Positions 39,124 through 52,595 of a stretch of DNA of 64,000 nt are shown here, one piece after another; the first letter of the stretch is position 1; the number at the start of each line of letters is the position of its first letter. The translations under genes were made by a program, and so were the position numbers. The DNA comes from Octopus sinensis (taxonomy: Eukaryota), in NCBI RefSeq assembly GCF_006345805.1, contig NC_043000.1:68510001-68574000 (forward strand), given 5' to 3'. The notes under the pieces are model-generated. The model was given only the letters and a program-made list of their open reading frames with translations, was not told where the DNA came from and ran no database searches.

Positions 39124-39402
39124 ATGGCCCAGTGGTTAGAGCAGCGGACTCGCGGTTGTAGGATCGCGGTTTCGATTCCCATACCGGGCGTTGTGAGTGT
39201 TTATTGAGCGAAAACACCTAAAAGCTCCGCGATCCCTGCTGTACTCCTTCGACACAACTTTCTCTCATTCTTTCTTCTGTTGGTCTGCTCGCTTAGCCAG
39301 CGGGGTGGCGTCCTGTGAAGGCTAAAACAATGCGAAGCGCATTGAGACCAGCGATGTGTAGCAACATCTGATAGCCTGGTCGGTCACGGTGATCACGGTG
39401 AT
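39124..39402 (+). mobile_element. tRNA-derived SINE family D inserted in (TA)n
   Basis: TGGCCCAGTGGTTAGAGCAG (A box), GGTTTCGATTCCC (B box), tail TCACGGTGATCACGGTGATATA. Confidence 0.8.
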
Positions 39403-40812
39403 ATATATATACACATGCATGTACATGTATGTGTGTGTGTGTGCGCGCGTGCATGCGTGTGCTTATGTTCTTTATGTAACACGTGTCATTTAATGGACAT
39501 AACCCGCGTGGTGAGAAGGAATTTTAAGTTGTGATTGGACATGTCTAAACTAAGCACCAGGCAAACTTGACAGCAATAAGTCCATATGATCGAACTCTTT
39601 TACTCATTGGCTCCCAACCGACTTTTGGCTATGCCCCATCGAATCATTTCTAAAATCATGATGCCCCCTTGTATTATTTTATTTTTTTAATTCAAAATTT
39701 GGTTAATGCTTACAATATTACCCGGAAACAAAATATAAAAAATAGTGCAACGGATGTAAAAAAATGTGTAGGAAACGAATATGAAAAAAATGCACGGAAA
39801 GCAACGGGGGTGGGGAATTCGGAAAGGTCACAAGATCCTAGTTTTTCCCTCATAACTTTTGGGAAAATGTTTTTTTTTTAAATGAAATTTTATATAAATA
39901 CCTATCAACCGGCATAGATTACGATTATAAAGAAATTTTTTCCGATGTGTGGGGAGAGGACTTCGAAAATTCTCAAGATCCGAGGGTTTCGCCCATAACT
40001 TGGTGACAGTTTATCTTGGTTAGCGGGTATAAATCCAAAATTTAAATATTCCTCTGAATAATGACGAACTTTTTTTTACTTGCACTACTCATTTTATGTA
40101 CTTTTGAATCAGCATAACTACAGATTTCTGCGCCTTTAGATGATCATAACTTTCAGAAAAATGGATATTTTTTATGAAATTGTCTACGAATATGTGTTAT
40201 ATCATGTAGATTCCAAATATACAAAATCGGGGGGAGTGTTTTAGTTGGGTAGGACATTTCGGAAAATTCACCGGAGTCCACTTTAATTCGTCTTAACTTT
40301 CAAGAAAATGGATATTTTTAAATGAAATTCTCTGCAAATATACCTCGAACTATGTAGATTCCGAGAACTTAGGAATTTGGGGAGGGGGGGAACAATTGAG
40401 GGGTATTTTTGAGAACTGTTACCCACTCGCGGGTGTTTCTGAACAAGTCGCCCATATTTGTTTCATTTTCTCCTGAAAGTTATGATCATCCAAAGTTGGC
40501 GGGGGGAGAGAAATCTGTAGTTATACCTTTAATACAAACACGAAGAGATTTCAGTTCAAGCAAATTTTTTCAACAATTTCTTCAAAAAGATTTCAGTATA
40601 AACTTTCGGAGAATATGCTCAAAAACAAACAAAAAATATTCCGTGAATCTTCTCAGCTGCAACAAACCTTTGTATCAATGATGGGAATAAAATGACCTGT
40701 TAATTTTCATCTCTGTTCATATGTATATATACGTGTGTATGTGTATGTGTGCACTACCGGTACCATAAATCTCTCTCTCTCTCTCTCTGTGTCTCCCTCT
40801 CTCTCCTACCCC

Positions 40813-40855
<43 letters not shown>

Positions 40856-41884
40856 GCCTCTTTCTCTTCCACTCCATTTCAACCCTTTTCACACCATTGA
40901 ATTCTTTCATCCCTCACCCCGCAACGCCATTTATTGTCCTATCAACACTCTGCAGCAACACATTTTTCTTGCGTACCTAAGATATTTTGTCACCAGAGAT
41001 AAAAGAGTCAATACTGTTAGACACATCCACGCACATAAGTCTGTCTCCAGTTTGTTTCTGCATGGGGAATTAAGATGGCATTGCTTCCAGTACTGACCAG
41101 TTCTATACTACACACACATGCAAGCACACAGAAACACACATACACACACATACGCGTTTGTAATTACATGTTTTCACATACCACTAAATCTAATCCCTCT
41201 TTAGTGACATCAGATCTTATGAATATGATGACAATGACCTGTTGTCTCTAAATTTGTCCAAAATTTGTTAAAATTGTCCACAGAAGGAATGTAAAGATTT
41301 TTTTTTAATTACTTATTCTCAAATTGCCCCCTTTCTCTATTGGTATACTAAACTTTGTGTACAATAGGTATAAAAATTTAGCATAACCCTACGCATGTCC
41401 CACCAAAATATTAATTACCATGCCCCACGTTGGGGATCAGGGCTTTGACTCAATTATGTCTGCTGTTCAATGAATGAGACAAGAAAAGCCTAAAAGAGTA
41501 ACAACGCAACACACACATACGTAAGTGTGAATGTGTTTGTGCATGTGTGTGTGCGTGTGTCCATGTATGTGTGTGTGTGTGCATACTAGATAACTGCATA
41601 TGCAACTAAAGACGATATTGTTAAGTGCATATTATTTTTCTGATGTTAAGCAATGTCGTATAAATATAATTTTAAAAACTTCCAGAAGTTGTTTATTTAT
41701 ATCAAATTATTTATTTGATTTGATAAGAATAAAGCGATGCTGAAAAGTTCCGCTTTCAATTGGAGTTAAAATAGCAGCAATCACTTCTTCGTGGTTATCA
41801 ATACAAACAACCAGTGTAAAAAATAGCAAAGAAAAAAAAAGAAAAAAAAAAAAGAAAAAGTGAAAAAGAGCCAAAACTATTCTT

Positions 41885-42272
41885 ATCTTTTTTTTACTTG
41901 TTTTTACTTGTTTTAGTCATTAGACTGTGGCCATGCTGGGGCACCGCTTTGAAGAATTTGTAGTCGAATGAATCGACCCCAGTACTTATTTTTTGGTAAG
42001 CTTGATACTTACTCTACCAGTGTCTTTTGCCGAACCGCTAAGTTACAACAACACTGGTCGTCAAGCGGTAGCAGGAGGTGGGGTTAAACACAGATATACA
42101 GAGATGTATATACGATGGACTTCTTTCAGTTTCCGATCACCAAATCCACTCACAAGGCTTTGGTCGGACTGAGGCTATATTAGAAGACACTTGCCCATGG
42201 CGCCACGCAGTAGGACTGAATCCGGAACCATGTGGTTGGGAAGCAAGCTTCTTACCATACAACCATGCCTGT
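41885..42272 (-). mobile_element. SINE family B, full length
   Basis: Minus-strand head AGGCATGGTTGTATGGTAAGAAGCTTGCTTCCCAACCACATGGTTCCGGATTCAGTCC..GGGCAAGTGTCTTC. Confidence 0.85.
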
Positions 42273-42430
42273 GCTATTCTAATGAATTAACCCTACAAAC
42301 GAAGCTCAGTATACAGAACATTTGTAAGATATTTTTCATTGGGTACCAAAAATTCTTCAATAAATGAATATTTAGTGCAGATAAAATTTGTAGAAGAAAT
42401 AAAGATAGTTTTAGAGCAAGGAATGAATGT

Positions 42431-42489
<59 letters not shown>

Positions 42490-43804
42490 GATTACATTAG
42501 CCTATGATTGATCAAATTCAGTACATTCTGACCTGCATGATTCTTGTTGTTATCGTTCAATAATTAGAAGTGAGTGAAGACTATTGTTAAAATGTATAAA
42601 TCTAGGTAAAGCTAAAACTGGATAACTGAAGAATGTCAAAGGGGATTGGAAAATCTCATAGGGGAAAGTCGAATGATTGTCATGCAACAGATATCAATAA
42701 ACGCCGAGGTTTTCGGTGCTTTTAGGGAGCATTCGATTCAGGTATCGGACCTGAAGTTAAGTTCCTTCTTTCAACACTGTCGGTGACTTTGAAAAGAGCC
42801 GTAGACGTTGCACATAATAAATAACTCGTGCGAAATGGAACGCAAGTAAATTAGATATGTACGAAAATGCATTGTAAGTAAAAATTGTTCTTGTCATATA
42901 TCGCTTAATTTTTTTTCTGTCATTGTCCTTGTCTATTCGTTTCTTCGTTGTATATAATTTTATTCCGTTCTCTTCATATCTCGTCTTCATTTACCTTTCA
43001 GACTAAATACCTCAACTTATCTTGTTATTGTATTTTGCTGATATTTTTTTTCTGTTTGTGTCTGTCGTTCATGTCCACTTATTTAAATATCCCAGTAGTT
43101 TATGTTTCTCATACCGCCAAATTAGACAAAATTATCGTAGATATGGAAATTGGGCTGATATTTAGTCAATAACTCCAGAGGGAATAAGCATGTCTACGCC
43201 TGTTGTATGTTTTTTCTGCTTGGCGTATGTTTCCTTCTTTCCGTCTGTGCAAGATTTTTGGTTCACACACGCGCGCTCATGCACGTGCGCGCACACACAC
43301 ACGTGTGTGTGTTTACCATGCAACGTGTATGTCTTTAATGAATATACAATTTAGTGTCGCTAGAAAAAAAAGGGAATAAGGTTGTTATACTACAAGCCTT
43401 ATCTTTCCCTGAAAAGATAAAAGATAGAATCTAAATAGATTCTAGTTTTATTAGACATCCACCCAAAAGCAAATACTCATTTTCTTTCCACGGATGATAG
43501 TACAACAAAACTAGAAACTATTCAATTTCATAAAATTTTCTGGCCATAGGAAGGTAAATCTGCTTATTTTTCATAGAAATGCTAAAATGTACGTTAATTA
43601 AAAACTTATATTTACATATGTAATTAACGTGGCTTAGCAAACGAGAGTACCTAAAACATGTCAAATAGTATATTTATCAATTTCAAGTAGTTGATTAAGT
43701 TCATTGCTACCCAGGATCTCTCGCTCGATACGATTGTTGTTGCCTGTACAATCATATCGCGCGAGAAAGTAAACAGAGATGGAGTGAATCACTAGTGCTG
43801 TATA

Positions 43805-43835
<31 letters not shown>

Positions 43836-44333
43836 TGTTTGAACCTAAAGACAATTTCAAATCTGGCTGCCACCACGAGATTTCTGGTAAGTTAATGCTT
43901 CAGTTTATGTCAGGCGTGGAATTCGTTTTCTTAAAAGGCAACGACCACTGGGGAATACATAAATACGCAAACACATAATTGTTAATTCAAGCTTGCAAAA
44001 GTATTTCGCACCGAGGCAAGGGAGTTAAGTTCCTTTGTGCTGTGATAACGATATGAACAAGAGTCGTCTGGTCGCTTGCTAGAGCTAAACTATGTTGTTA
44101 GTTGCGGAAGAGTGAGTTGGTCTTGGGCGGATGATAGCAGTAGTGGCGGTGGTGCTGGTGGTGGAGGTGGTGGTGGTGATGGTGATGCGGGTCTTACAGT
44201 CGTTGTATGACAATATCTTTTTCGTAACCGTGGAGATATTAGAAAGTATTGGAATGTCTCTGTATTTCGAAAGGTCAGAAATGTTCACTTCTTTTTACTT
44301 TGTATATATATATATATATATATAATATATAAT

Positions 44334-44373
<40 letters not shown>

Positions 44374-44615
44374 TATATAATATATATACTAAGCAATATA
44401 GGATGAAGTCCCTTACTCTACAGCAAAGGATTCATCAGGAAGCGTGGGCAGTATATTTAAAAAAACCGTTACGGTTGCATATACATCATATATTAGGGCT
44501 AAGAGGGTTATTCTAAAGCCAAATACACTGTTTTATCCACTTATATCCGCTTGTTACAGGAAAATTGAAACTGAAAACGGGCAACTAACTAACCTTAGAA
44601 AATTTAAATTTCGTT

Positions 44616-44679
44616 ATCTCTATATTGAATCATTTCGGACTTAATCTTATAAAAAGATATATCCTTCTTCAGTAGAAAT
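44616..44679 (-). ncRNA. Type I hammerhead motif, left arm of the palindrome
   Basis: AUUUCUA-CUGAAGA-A-GGA...UCC-GAAA-UGAUUCAA-UA-UAGAGAU; stem III is one U shorter than in the right-arm copy. Confidence 0.65.
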
Positions 44680-44813
44680 TTCGATGGGATATAAATAAAA
44701 TCTCAAGCGTATGATCATGGAAAAAGCACAAGCTAAAAACACTAACTACGTTATGTTTTTAGCTTGTGCTTTTCCATGATCCTACGTGAGTATTTTATTT
44801 ATATGCCATCGAA

Positions 44814-44878
44814 ATTTCTACTGAAGAAGGAATATATCTTTTATAAGATTAAGTCCGAAATTGATTCAATATAGAGAT
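44814..44878 (+). ncRNA. Type I hammerhead ribozyme, right arm of the palindrome
   Basis: Stem I AUUUCUA/UAGAGAU, core CUGAAGA(A), stem II GGA/UCC with AUCUU/AAGAU extension, GAAA, stem III UUG auu CAA, predicted cleavage after AUA at 44871. Confidence 0.8.
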
Positions 44879-45072
44879 AACGAAATTTAAATTTTCTAAG
44901 GTTAGTTGCCCGTTTTCAGTTTCAATTTTCCTGTAACAAGCGGATATAATGGATAAAACAGTGTATTTGGCTTTAGAATAACCCTCTTTAGCCCTTAATT
45001 ATATGATGTATTATATATAAATTATATATTATATATATATTATATATATATATGTATTATATATATATAAAA

Positions 45073-45200
45073 TATCAGCCGAAATTGCTAGGATGATCCG
45101 GTTCTTGACTGAAGATTGAAGGCTTCGAATGTCCGTCCGTGTTTTTGTATCATCTTCTAAATGTTTTACACGTTCTTGTCCCAGTTTGTATTTTTCTACG
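45073..45200 (+). mobile_element. Short pLTR-type module between (TA)n tracts
   Basis: Reverse complement of 51600-51718 and of the 59400/60262 repeats. Confidence 0.7.
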
Positions 45201-45236
45201 TATAATATATATATATATATGTTATATTATATATAT

Positions 45237-45301
<65 letters not shown>

Positions 45302-46899
45302 TATTAATATATATATATATATATATATTATACTATATATTTATTAAAGAGGGAGAGAGTAAACATAGATATATACATGTTGGCTGGGCGGAGGCGGTGA
45401 AGAAGAGCAATGAAAAATATTGGAATGTTTTTATGATCCAAGAAGGTTAAAGTGATTCTTACATAGGCATCACAGCTTCATTTTCTTGTTTCTAGTAATG
45501 CGGGGACATAGAGGAGAACGAGTGATGATATTTATGCATTTCCTATGGATATTGAATATAATGTAAAATGATTTCCACCAAGGACAGAAATCTAATTTCA
45601 AATACAAGTCAATGGAATTTTACCTAAACTCTCGAGTAATGAAAATATTCTGTGACCCGTAATGGACTTCGCCCTCAAAATCAATGTCCTGTACATATCA
45701 ACTTGGGGAAGACATCTTCACTAGGATATGGTCAGAAATAAGTGAACAGAAATTGCTTGAATGGATAACAAGCCCGAGGTGCAAACTCGGTTCCCTAGAG
45801 GCGTTCCATCTTTACGGTGCACCATTGTAGGACACACGCAAATAATAATAATAATAATTATAATTATTATTATCATAAAATAAAATAACAGATAGTAGAT
45901 AAAAACAATTTTGATCTGATGGTAAAGTTCTGAGTTGTAGAAATGGTAAGGATAGCATAACGTGTTTATTTAAATAGTAATTTTGATCTGGCCTGAATAG
46001 AAAGTGAACAAAACTACAGTGCATATCTAGTCTTAAGTGTGTTATCCACTCTCTTTCTCGACATGCAGAGAAAGCTAGACGAAGCAAATAACGTATTGAC
46101 ACTTTGAAGCATTAGACTTTTGAGGAATGTGAGAAAGTGAAAAATTAGGGTGTTATATTTTTATGAGAACATCATTTTTAGGAGAAAAAGGAAATAAAAA
46201 GTCGAATCTGTTGAGATTCGAACACAGTAGGATTATTTTATAATTGAAGACGGAAAATGAAGATCAAAACGCAAACACAACAGTAATTGAACTAAAAAAC
46301 ACAATGAATCAAACTAGAAAGGGTCTGTACCAAGTCAATAATTAATGAAAATTCAATAATTAAATAAGAGATTAACTCGTTAATTTATTTGGTTTATTAA
46401 CACTGTTAGAAATGTTGAGAATTTTATTATGAAAATTAGAGAAAGTAAGTTTGTATGTTCAATAATAGCTGTTATTGGACGTGCCTTTCGTCCCACTAAG
46501 ATCGATAAATGAAATATAATAGACTAGCTATCCAAATCTTCATCTTTTTCAAACCACACCTTACCGTCTTAAAAAACAAAAAAATCAAAATAGCGATAGA
46601 AAATGTAGCCGTACATATATACAAAAGGACAGAGTGATCAAAGCTGCAACACAGCTTTAAGAGCAACAAAATATCCTATACTGATCACATCAGTATATTA
46701 GTTACACTGATCATAGTAAGAAAGTCAGCCGATTGCTGGATATATCCTACACTCGACAACCACTAAACGAGTGCAAATGTACTCGTTTAGCGCATCTGGA
46801 CAGGTCAGTTTATGCTACTTCTATGTATGTCGAGTTATTGCGAATTTGTAATATCTCTTCGCTAGTTCAAGGATTTCCAGAAGTTATCCATCTTATTTT

Positions 46900-47710
46900 C
46901 GTTAACGCACACATTTCTCGAGAACGTTGATGCTCTTTCCCATCATTAATCTTCTATGGAAAACTAAAGTGGAAGGTACACTGGTCGTATTGCACCTAAC
47001 AAAATTCCAGATGTTAGGCACCCCTATATTGGTTGCAACTCTATGAAAAGGATAAGTTGTGGGAAAATGCGACAGAAAAAGTTTACTATGCTTCCTCATT
47101 GACAAGGGATTGGAACATCTCAACAGACCCCACCCGAACACAACAGTATGTGATAGAGTAAGGTATGTATGGATATTTAGATCCGAAAATCGTATGGTCG
47201 TTCTGGAGCTGTACCCTAATGAGAGAGCAGAAAGACGGACAATCAGAATAACGGTGTAGAGCAGAAAGTCCAGTTGCTACAAATGTGGTTGTAAACACCA
47301 CTTAAAAACAAAGAGGAATACTAGAAGAAAAGAGACAGCATTGGGCGGTAGAAAAAGAAGTTACTGGAAGTTAAAGCTTTGGCTGTAACTGCCACTGCCT
47401 ATAAGGTATCCTCAATCAGACACCAGGAATGGGTGAAGCGGAAACAAGCCAATTGCCTTGTCCACCTCAACATCAGTACCAGGGGCCCACGATGACCGAG
47501 AGACTGAGGAACCTGTTATTGCACAGGATCAGCCAGAAAATATTAGTAGCAGCAGTAGCCAACTCTTTAGCGGCGATGAAGAGGGAATGGTATTTGGAGA
47601 AGGATTGGGAAGTGATAAACCATAAAAATGAAGGAAAGGAAAAACAAGTAAAATTGAACCGAAAAATTGGCAACCAAATCAAAGTCTCTCTAAGAAGCAC
47701 CCACCTCAAG
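46900..47710 (+). mobile_element. Second L1/Tx1-type ORF1 (zinc-knuckle) remnant
   Basis: TIRITV*SRKSSCYKCGCKHHLKTK (CX2CX4H at 47275-47301) and downstream EKDWEVINHK; parallels the remnant at 357-800. Confidence 0.55.
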
Positions 47711-47714
47711 AAAT

Positions 47715-47727
47715 ATATGTATGTATG

Positions 47728-47759
<32 letters not shown>

Positions 47760-47917
47760 TGTATGTATGTATGTATGTATGTATGTAGGTATGTATGTAT
47801 GTCATTGTTCAGCTTTATTTCAAAATTTCTTGCCAATAGTGAAAGAGCCGGTTTCAAACTTAGATTCAAGGCTCCCTCATTGGAATTCCAACGTCAATAA
47901 TAGAGTATTTTTATATG

Positions 47918-47972
<55 letters not shown>

Positions 47973-48021
47973 GCATGTATGTATGTATGTATGTATGTAT
48001 GTATGTATGTATGTATGTATG
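47715..48021. repeat. (TATG)n arrays split by an insert of about 110 bp
   Basis: Direct reading. Confidence 0.9.
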
Positions 48022-48523
48022 TGTGTATTCAGATTTGTATGTTTTGCTTTGTATATATGTTCTCATTCTTATAGTTGCGTATCTAGACATGCTCATATAT
48101 ATTTAAATGATAAACTTCTGAAAAGTTTTACAGACTTTTACAGTTCTAGTGATGGACTAGATCTGTAGTCTTCCAATTAGCTTTCTCCTTTCTGGTTTTG
48201 AGACGCCTTTTTACTTATCTAATATGATAAACCCTTCTACAGGAATTAGCCTTATTTTATAATAACTAACGAATTATTATATTCAACAACATATATAACC
48301 ACCGAGGATTTCACTGGATAACTAAAAGACAAAAATTACAGAAAGGATAACCAAATATCTATTTATTCATTATAAACTCTTACATAAGAATTAACTTTAT
48401 TATATAGTAATTGAAAAATTATAATTAATAATAATATATACAATTATTGATAACTAAAAATAAAATAACGGATACGATAATTAAATACTTATTTATTTTT
48501 ATATTATACACTTTTATAAGGAA

Positions 48524-48912
48524 CTAGCAGTATCGCCCGGCGTTGCTCGGGTTTGTAAGGGAAATAACTATAAAGCATTTTTAGAGAGTTATAGCCAAAA
48601 AATAGCAAAAAAATGGGGAAAAAATGATGGTAAATTTTTTTTTCGAGAGTTAAAAAGGTCGAGTTGCGTCCCCTAGACCATCTGTGGTTTGTGTTTCTGA
48701 TTGTCGACCCCATGTCGAATTTATCGATCTTTTTCAGAACTGGGGGAACTTTTCAAAATTTTCGCTGCGTTAGTTTTGAATTATGACATTGGGCTATGTG
48801 TGTGTCAAGTTTCATCAGAATCGGTTGAAAGCCGTGGTCAGGGTGAGGGTACAACCTGACAGACACACAGACACGCACACAGACAAACTGCCGTTTATAT
48901 ATAGAGAGAAGA
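48524..48912 (-). mobile_element. Complete non-autonomous Helitron (389 bp)
   Basis: Minus strand A|TCTTCTCTCTATATATAAAC ... CCCGAGCAACGCCGGG hairpin, CGATACTG, CTAG|T. Confidence 0.9.
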
Positions 48913-49003
48913 TTAAAATTATTATATAATAATTGAAAATTTACTATAATTAATAATATATACAATTCTTGATAATCTCGGTGGATAATTATAAGAATGC
49001 ATG

Positions 49004-49041
<38 letters not shown>

Positions 49042-49852
49042 TACATACGCATTCGTATACAGTAAATGGCCGAAATATATCAGGTGCTCGCGGTGACCGC
49101 TGCTGGTACGAGTTTTTGTTTCCCTCACTATGTATTTTAACACTGAAGTCTATAAGAGATGTTACCTCGGGCCAAATATTGCAGTAACTGGATTACTGAT
49201 AGTGTGCATACATTAAGTAACACACACACACGCACACACACATTGTACATATGTACAGTGTGGAGGAATGATTCCTTATCTAAGATACAAGCTGGCTTAT
49301 GCGCAACAAATAAGTAACTACTTGTCTAGCGCCCTATGCCATACACATATAGAGGAAAAATTATGTATTATTCAGGAAAGTATATTACGCATGTGTAAGG
49401 AAGAACTGACTTATTAACTAGGATCTAGGGCATACATACGCAAATGTCAATAATAGCCGATTCAATTGTCCCTAGTACAGAATGCTTTTTATTTTGCAAA
49501 GCTGACTGCTGTGTAAACCGAAATCAAAATGAAACAAGGCTAACTTCTAAATTGAAGTATGTGCGAAAATGCGCGTTCACGCATGTTTGCAGGTGCGCGT
49601 GTGCGTGCACATGTGCGTATGCTTAAGCTTGTATACATGTGTATAGGTGAGAGAAGGCATTCAATTCAATTCTGTAGAATCATGATAGTTTCAAACAACT
49701 GGAGCCTTATCTCTTACCGCAATAATTCATTTGGGAAATGAAAGGACACACTTTTATCTATTTTATTTTAATCTGGAGGATTCTACGTTAACCACAAAAT
49801 TGTTATGTATATATTAGCGTGTATACATGTATGAACATATGTCCGTGTAGAT

Positions 49853-50186
49853 CAAGGATTCTCAACCACTTTTTATCTATGCACTCCTTTTAATTACTAT
49901 TTTATTCTGGTGGATCCCACAGCCATTCGATGTTGAAAATCAGTTTTATAGAAACTTCTTTCAAAACTCCGATATTGTCTTTCACGCATTGTGGAGGTTG
50001 AACTACGGAAAATGTTAGAGAAAGAAGCCTGTTTCTTGCAACACATAATATATACATCATAGAAAATTTTTTTCAGGAGTCCTAAAAATGTTATTGTGGA
50101 TCACCAGTTTATTATTTTGTTGTGTAGACACCCAAAATCTTATATGGACACTTAGGGGTCATATGGACCTCGGTTGAGAACCACTG
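49853..50186. mobile_element. hAT MITE
   Basis: CAAGGATTCTCAACC / GGTTGAGAACCACTG TIRs; 8-bp TSD GTGTAGAT/ATGTAGAT. Confidence 0.85.
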
Positions 50187-50756
50187 ATGTAGATAAATGC
50201 TAAAGAAGCGCTAAATTATCTTCACATATAATCGTGCACATCAACTTTTACAAGCTGCACACAGTCTTATCAACAGGTAATTTCTACGTCTGTACCAGCA
50301 TATGTATATATGTATGTGTGTGTGTGTATTTCTATACATACATATATAAGTGTGTGTGCGTGTGTGTATGTATGCATATATACACACATTCACACATATA
50401 TACACAAACACACACATGCTTATGCATGTATGTATGTATGTATGTATGCATGTATGTATGTATGTATTATTATGTATTGCGTCTCAAAAGTTCTTTGAGT
50501 CGATCGTCTCCATACAAACGGTTTAATAACTGTACATATGAGCTTGTATCAGATTAGTTGTACACATGTTGAAACATATGTTTATACAACTTGACGCTTA
50601 TTTTAAGGTTAAACCAATATTGTTGGAAGCTAATAGACTTTCTTTCAACCCAGTTTAAACGTACATTCTCGTGGAGACGCGTATATGTAGATATATATTT
50701 ATGTGTATGCATATGAATGCATGCATCTAAATTTATGCATACATACGCATAAAATA

Positions 50757-50838
<82 letters not shown>

Positions 50839-51087
50839 GAATACATATATATGTCATATATATATATATATAGATATATATGTGTGTGTGTGTATGTATG
50901 TGTGCGCGTCTATGTGTATTTGTGCGTCCATATGCCATTGTGTGTGCGCATGTATGCGTGTGTGTGTTGCGCGGGTGTGTGCATACGCAAGTGTGTGTCA
51001 TAAAGTACGTGATTCGCTTTCTTGCTTACACACACACCACACGTCACACACATGATATATGTGTTCGTGTCTACTTGTACATAAATC

Positions 51088-51135
<48 letters not shown>

Positions 51136-51140
<5 letters not shown>

Positions 51141-51480
51141 CAAAGGTAGAACGGAAAGAACACAACAAACGGAAACCGTCAAAATACAAAATGAGGGGAA
51201 ATGGAGGATAGCACGACAAACGGCAAATAGGACAAAAGCAAGATACACGGATCATTGGCAGCCGATAACCTCTTCAGTCGGAGACCGAAATGTCTTTGTA
51301 GTTTCACCCCCTTATCTCCGACAACCACTTGAATTCGGCATGGCCAGGGACTTAAGCTAAAAGCATTAAGCCTCTGGGAAAGGCAAACGAATGTGTACAA
51401 GAACGGAAACAAAAACGAAAAAGCTAGAATTATACACGTACGACAGAACGCCTTTCGGCTTTACAACAGAAAGAAAAAAT
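51136..51480 (-). mobile_element. pLTR-type non-coding module between microsatellites
   Basis: Minus strand TCGG tct CCGA-CTGAAGA motif; CTAAGCTAA.AGCATTA motif shared with 51760-51777. Confidence 0.55.
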
Positions 51481-51513
51481 TATTTGTGTACATATATATA
51501 TATATATATATAT

Positions 51514-52140
51514 AGTTAATCCAAACAAGAAAACACAGAAAAAAACACAGCAACGCGAGGACGTGGAACAATTAAAGTATTATTTGACGCTCATAAAAAA
51601 TACAAACTGGGACAAGAACGCAAAACATTTAGAAGACGATACAAAAAACACGGACGGGACATTCGAAGCCTTCAATCTTCAGTCAACAACCGGATCATCC
51701 TCGCAATTTCGGCTGATTAATCTTGAGATTGCTCCAAACCGGCCAGCCCCAAGGAAAAACTAAGCTAAGAGCATTAGATTACTTGGAAGAAAGCTTCGAA
51801 TGTATACGAAACAAGGACAGAAAAATGGACGATGTTACACGAATATGAAAACAAAAATAATACGTAAAAACAATAATAAGAATAATAATAACAGGACATC
51901 ACAAACAGGCGTCTTTCGACTAGGACGAATTAAACTCAGCTGGCGTGTTAGGAATGTGCCTTGGGACAGAGAATAAATGTTGGCGTTACCTCGACCGCTG
52001 CCAGATCTAAAAGGCCAGTAGTCAGTCAGTCAGTCACGTGTGAAGAGAAGAGAGAGGAAAAGAGGGACAGAGGAATTAAGGAGGGGGAGAAGAGATAATG
52101 GTGTCATTGAGACCCAAAGGTGTCAGGTAATGCTGAATAA
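51514..52140 (-). mobile_element. Non-autonomous Penelope-derived element
   Basis: 3' end (51514-51592) is the reverse complement of 58430-58500; 51598-51830 is homologous to 59415-59680; ends in (TA)n. Confidence 0.7.
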
Positions 52141-52453
52141 GTGCTATACATATGTATATTCACATATATATATATGTGTGTGTATGTATGTATATATATA
52201 TATATATACACTTATATATGATACATGTATGCATTAATGTATGAATGTGTGTGTATTTGCTCGTGCATGTGTATATGTTAATGCATATATACAGCAACAG
52301 GCTAATGCAACTGTATAATGAATTACAGTACAGAAGGAATAACATAGAATAGAGATTATGCTTATATAGTAAGGCGGTACTCCAGTATGGCCGCAGTCAA
52401 ATGACTGAAACAAAAGAATAAAAGAATATTTGTAGGTCATATACATATATAGG

Positions 52454-52595
<142 letters not shown>

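Larger units (their letters stand above)
44481..45011. mobile_element. Near-perfect non-coding palindrome (about 260-bp arms, 12-nt loop) within a (TA)n tract; inverted Penelope-type terminal repeats
   Basis: 44481-44741 is the reverse complement of 44754-45011 apart from a few substitutions and short indels. Confidence 0.9.

Noticed and set aside
39124-39200. Functional tRNA gene (also 25483-25555)
   Set aside because: A/B boxes are present but there is no convincing acceptor stem, and the sequence continues into a SINE body.
42786-42848. TTGAAAA...GCAC/GTGC-GAAA as a U3-A8 hammerhead
   Set aside because: Stem II is not adjacent to the core, and there is no stem III or UH site.
43840-43892. 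Splice donor CTG|GTAAGT of a host exon
   Set aside because: Isolated motif with no supporting acceptor or reading frame.
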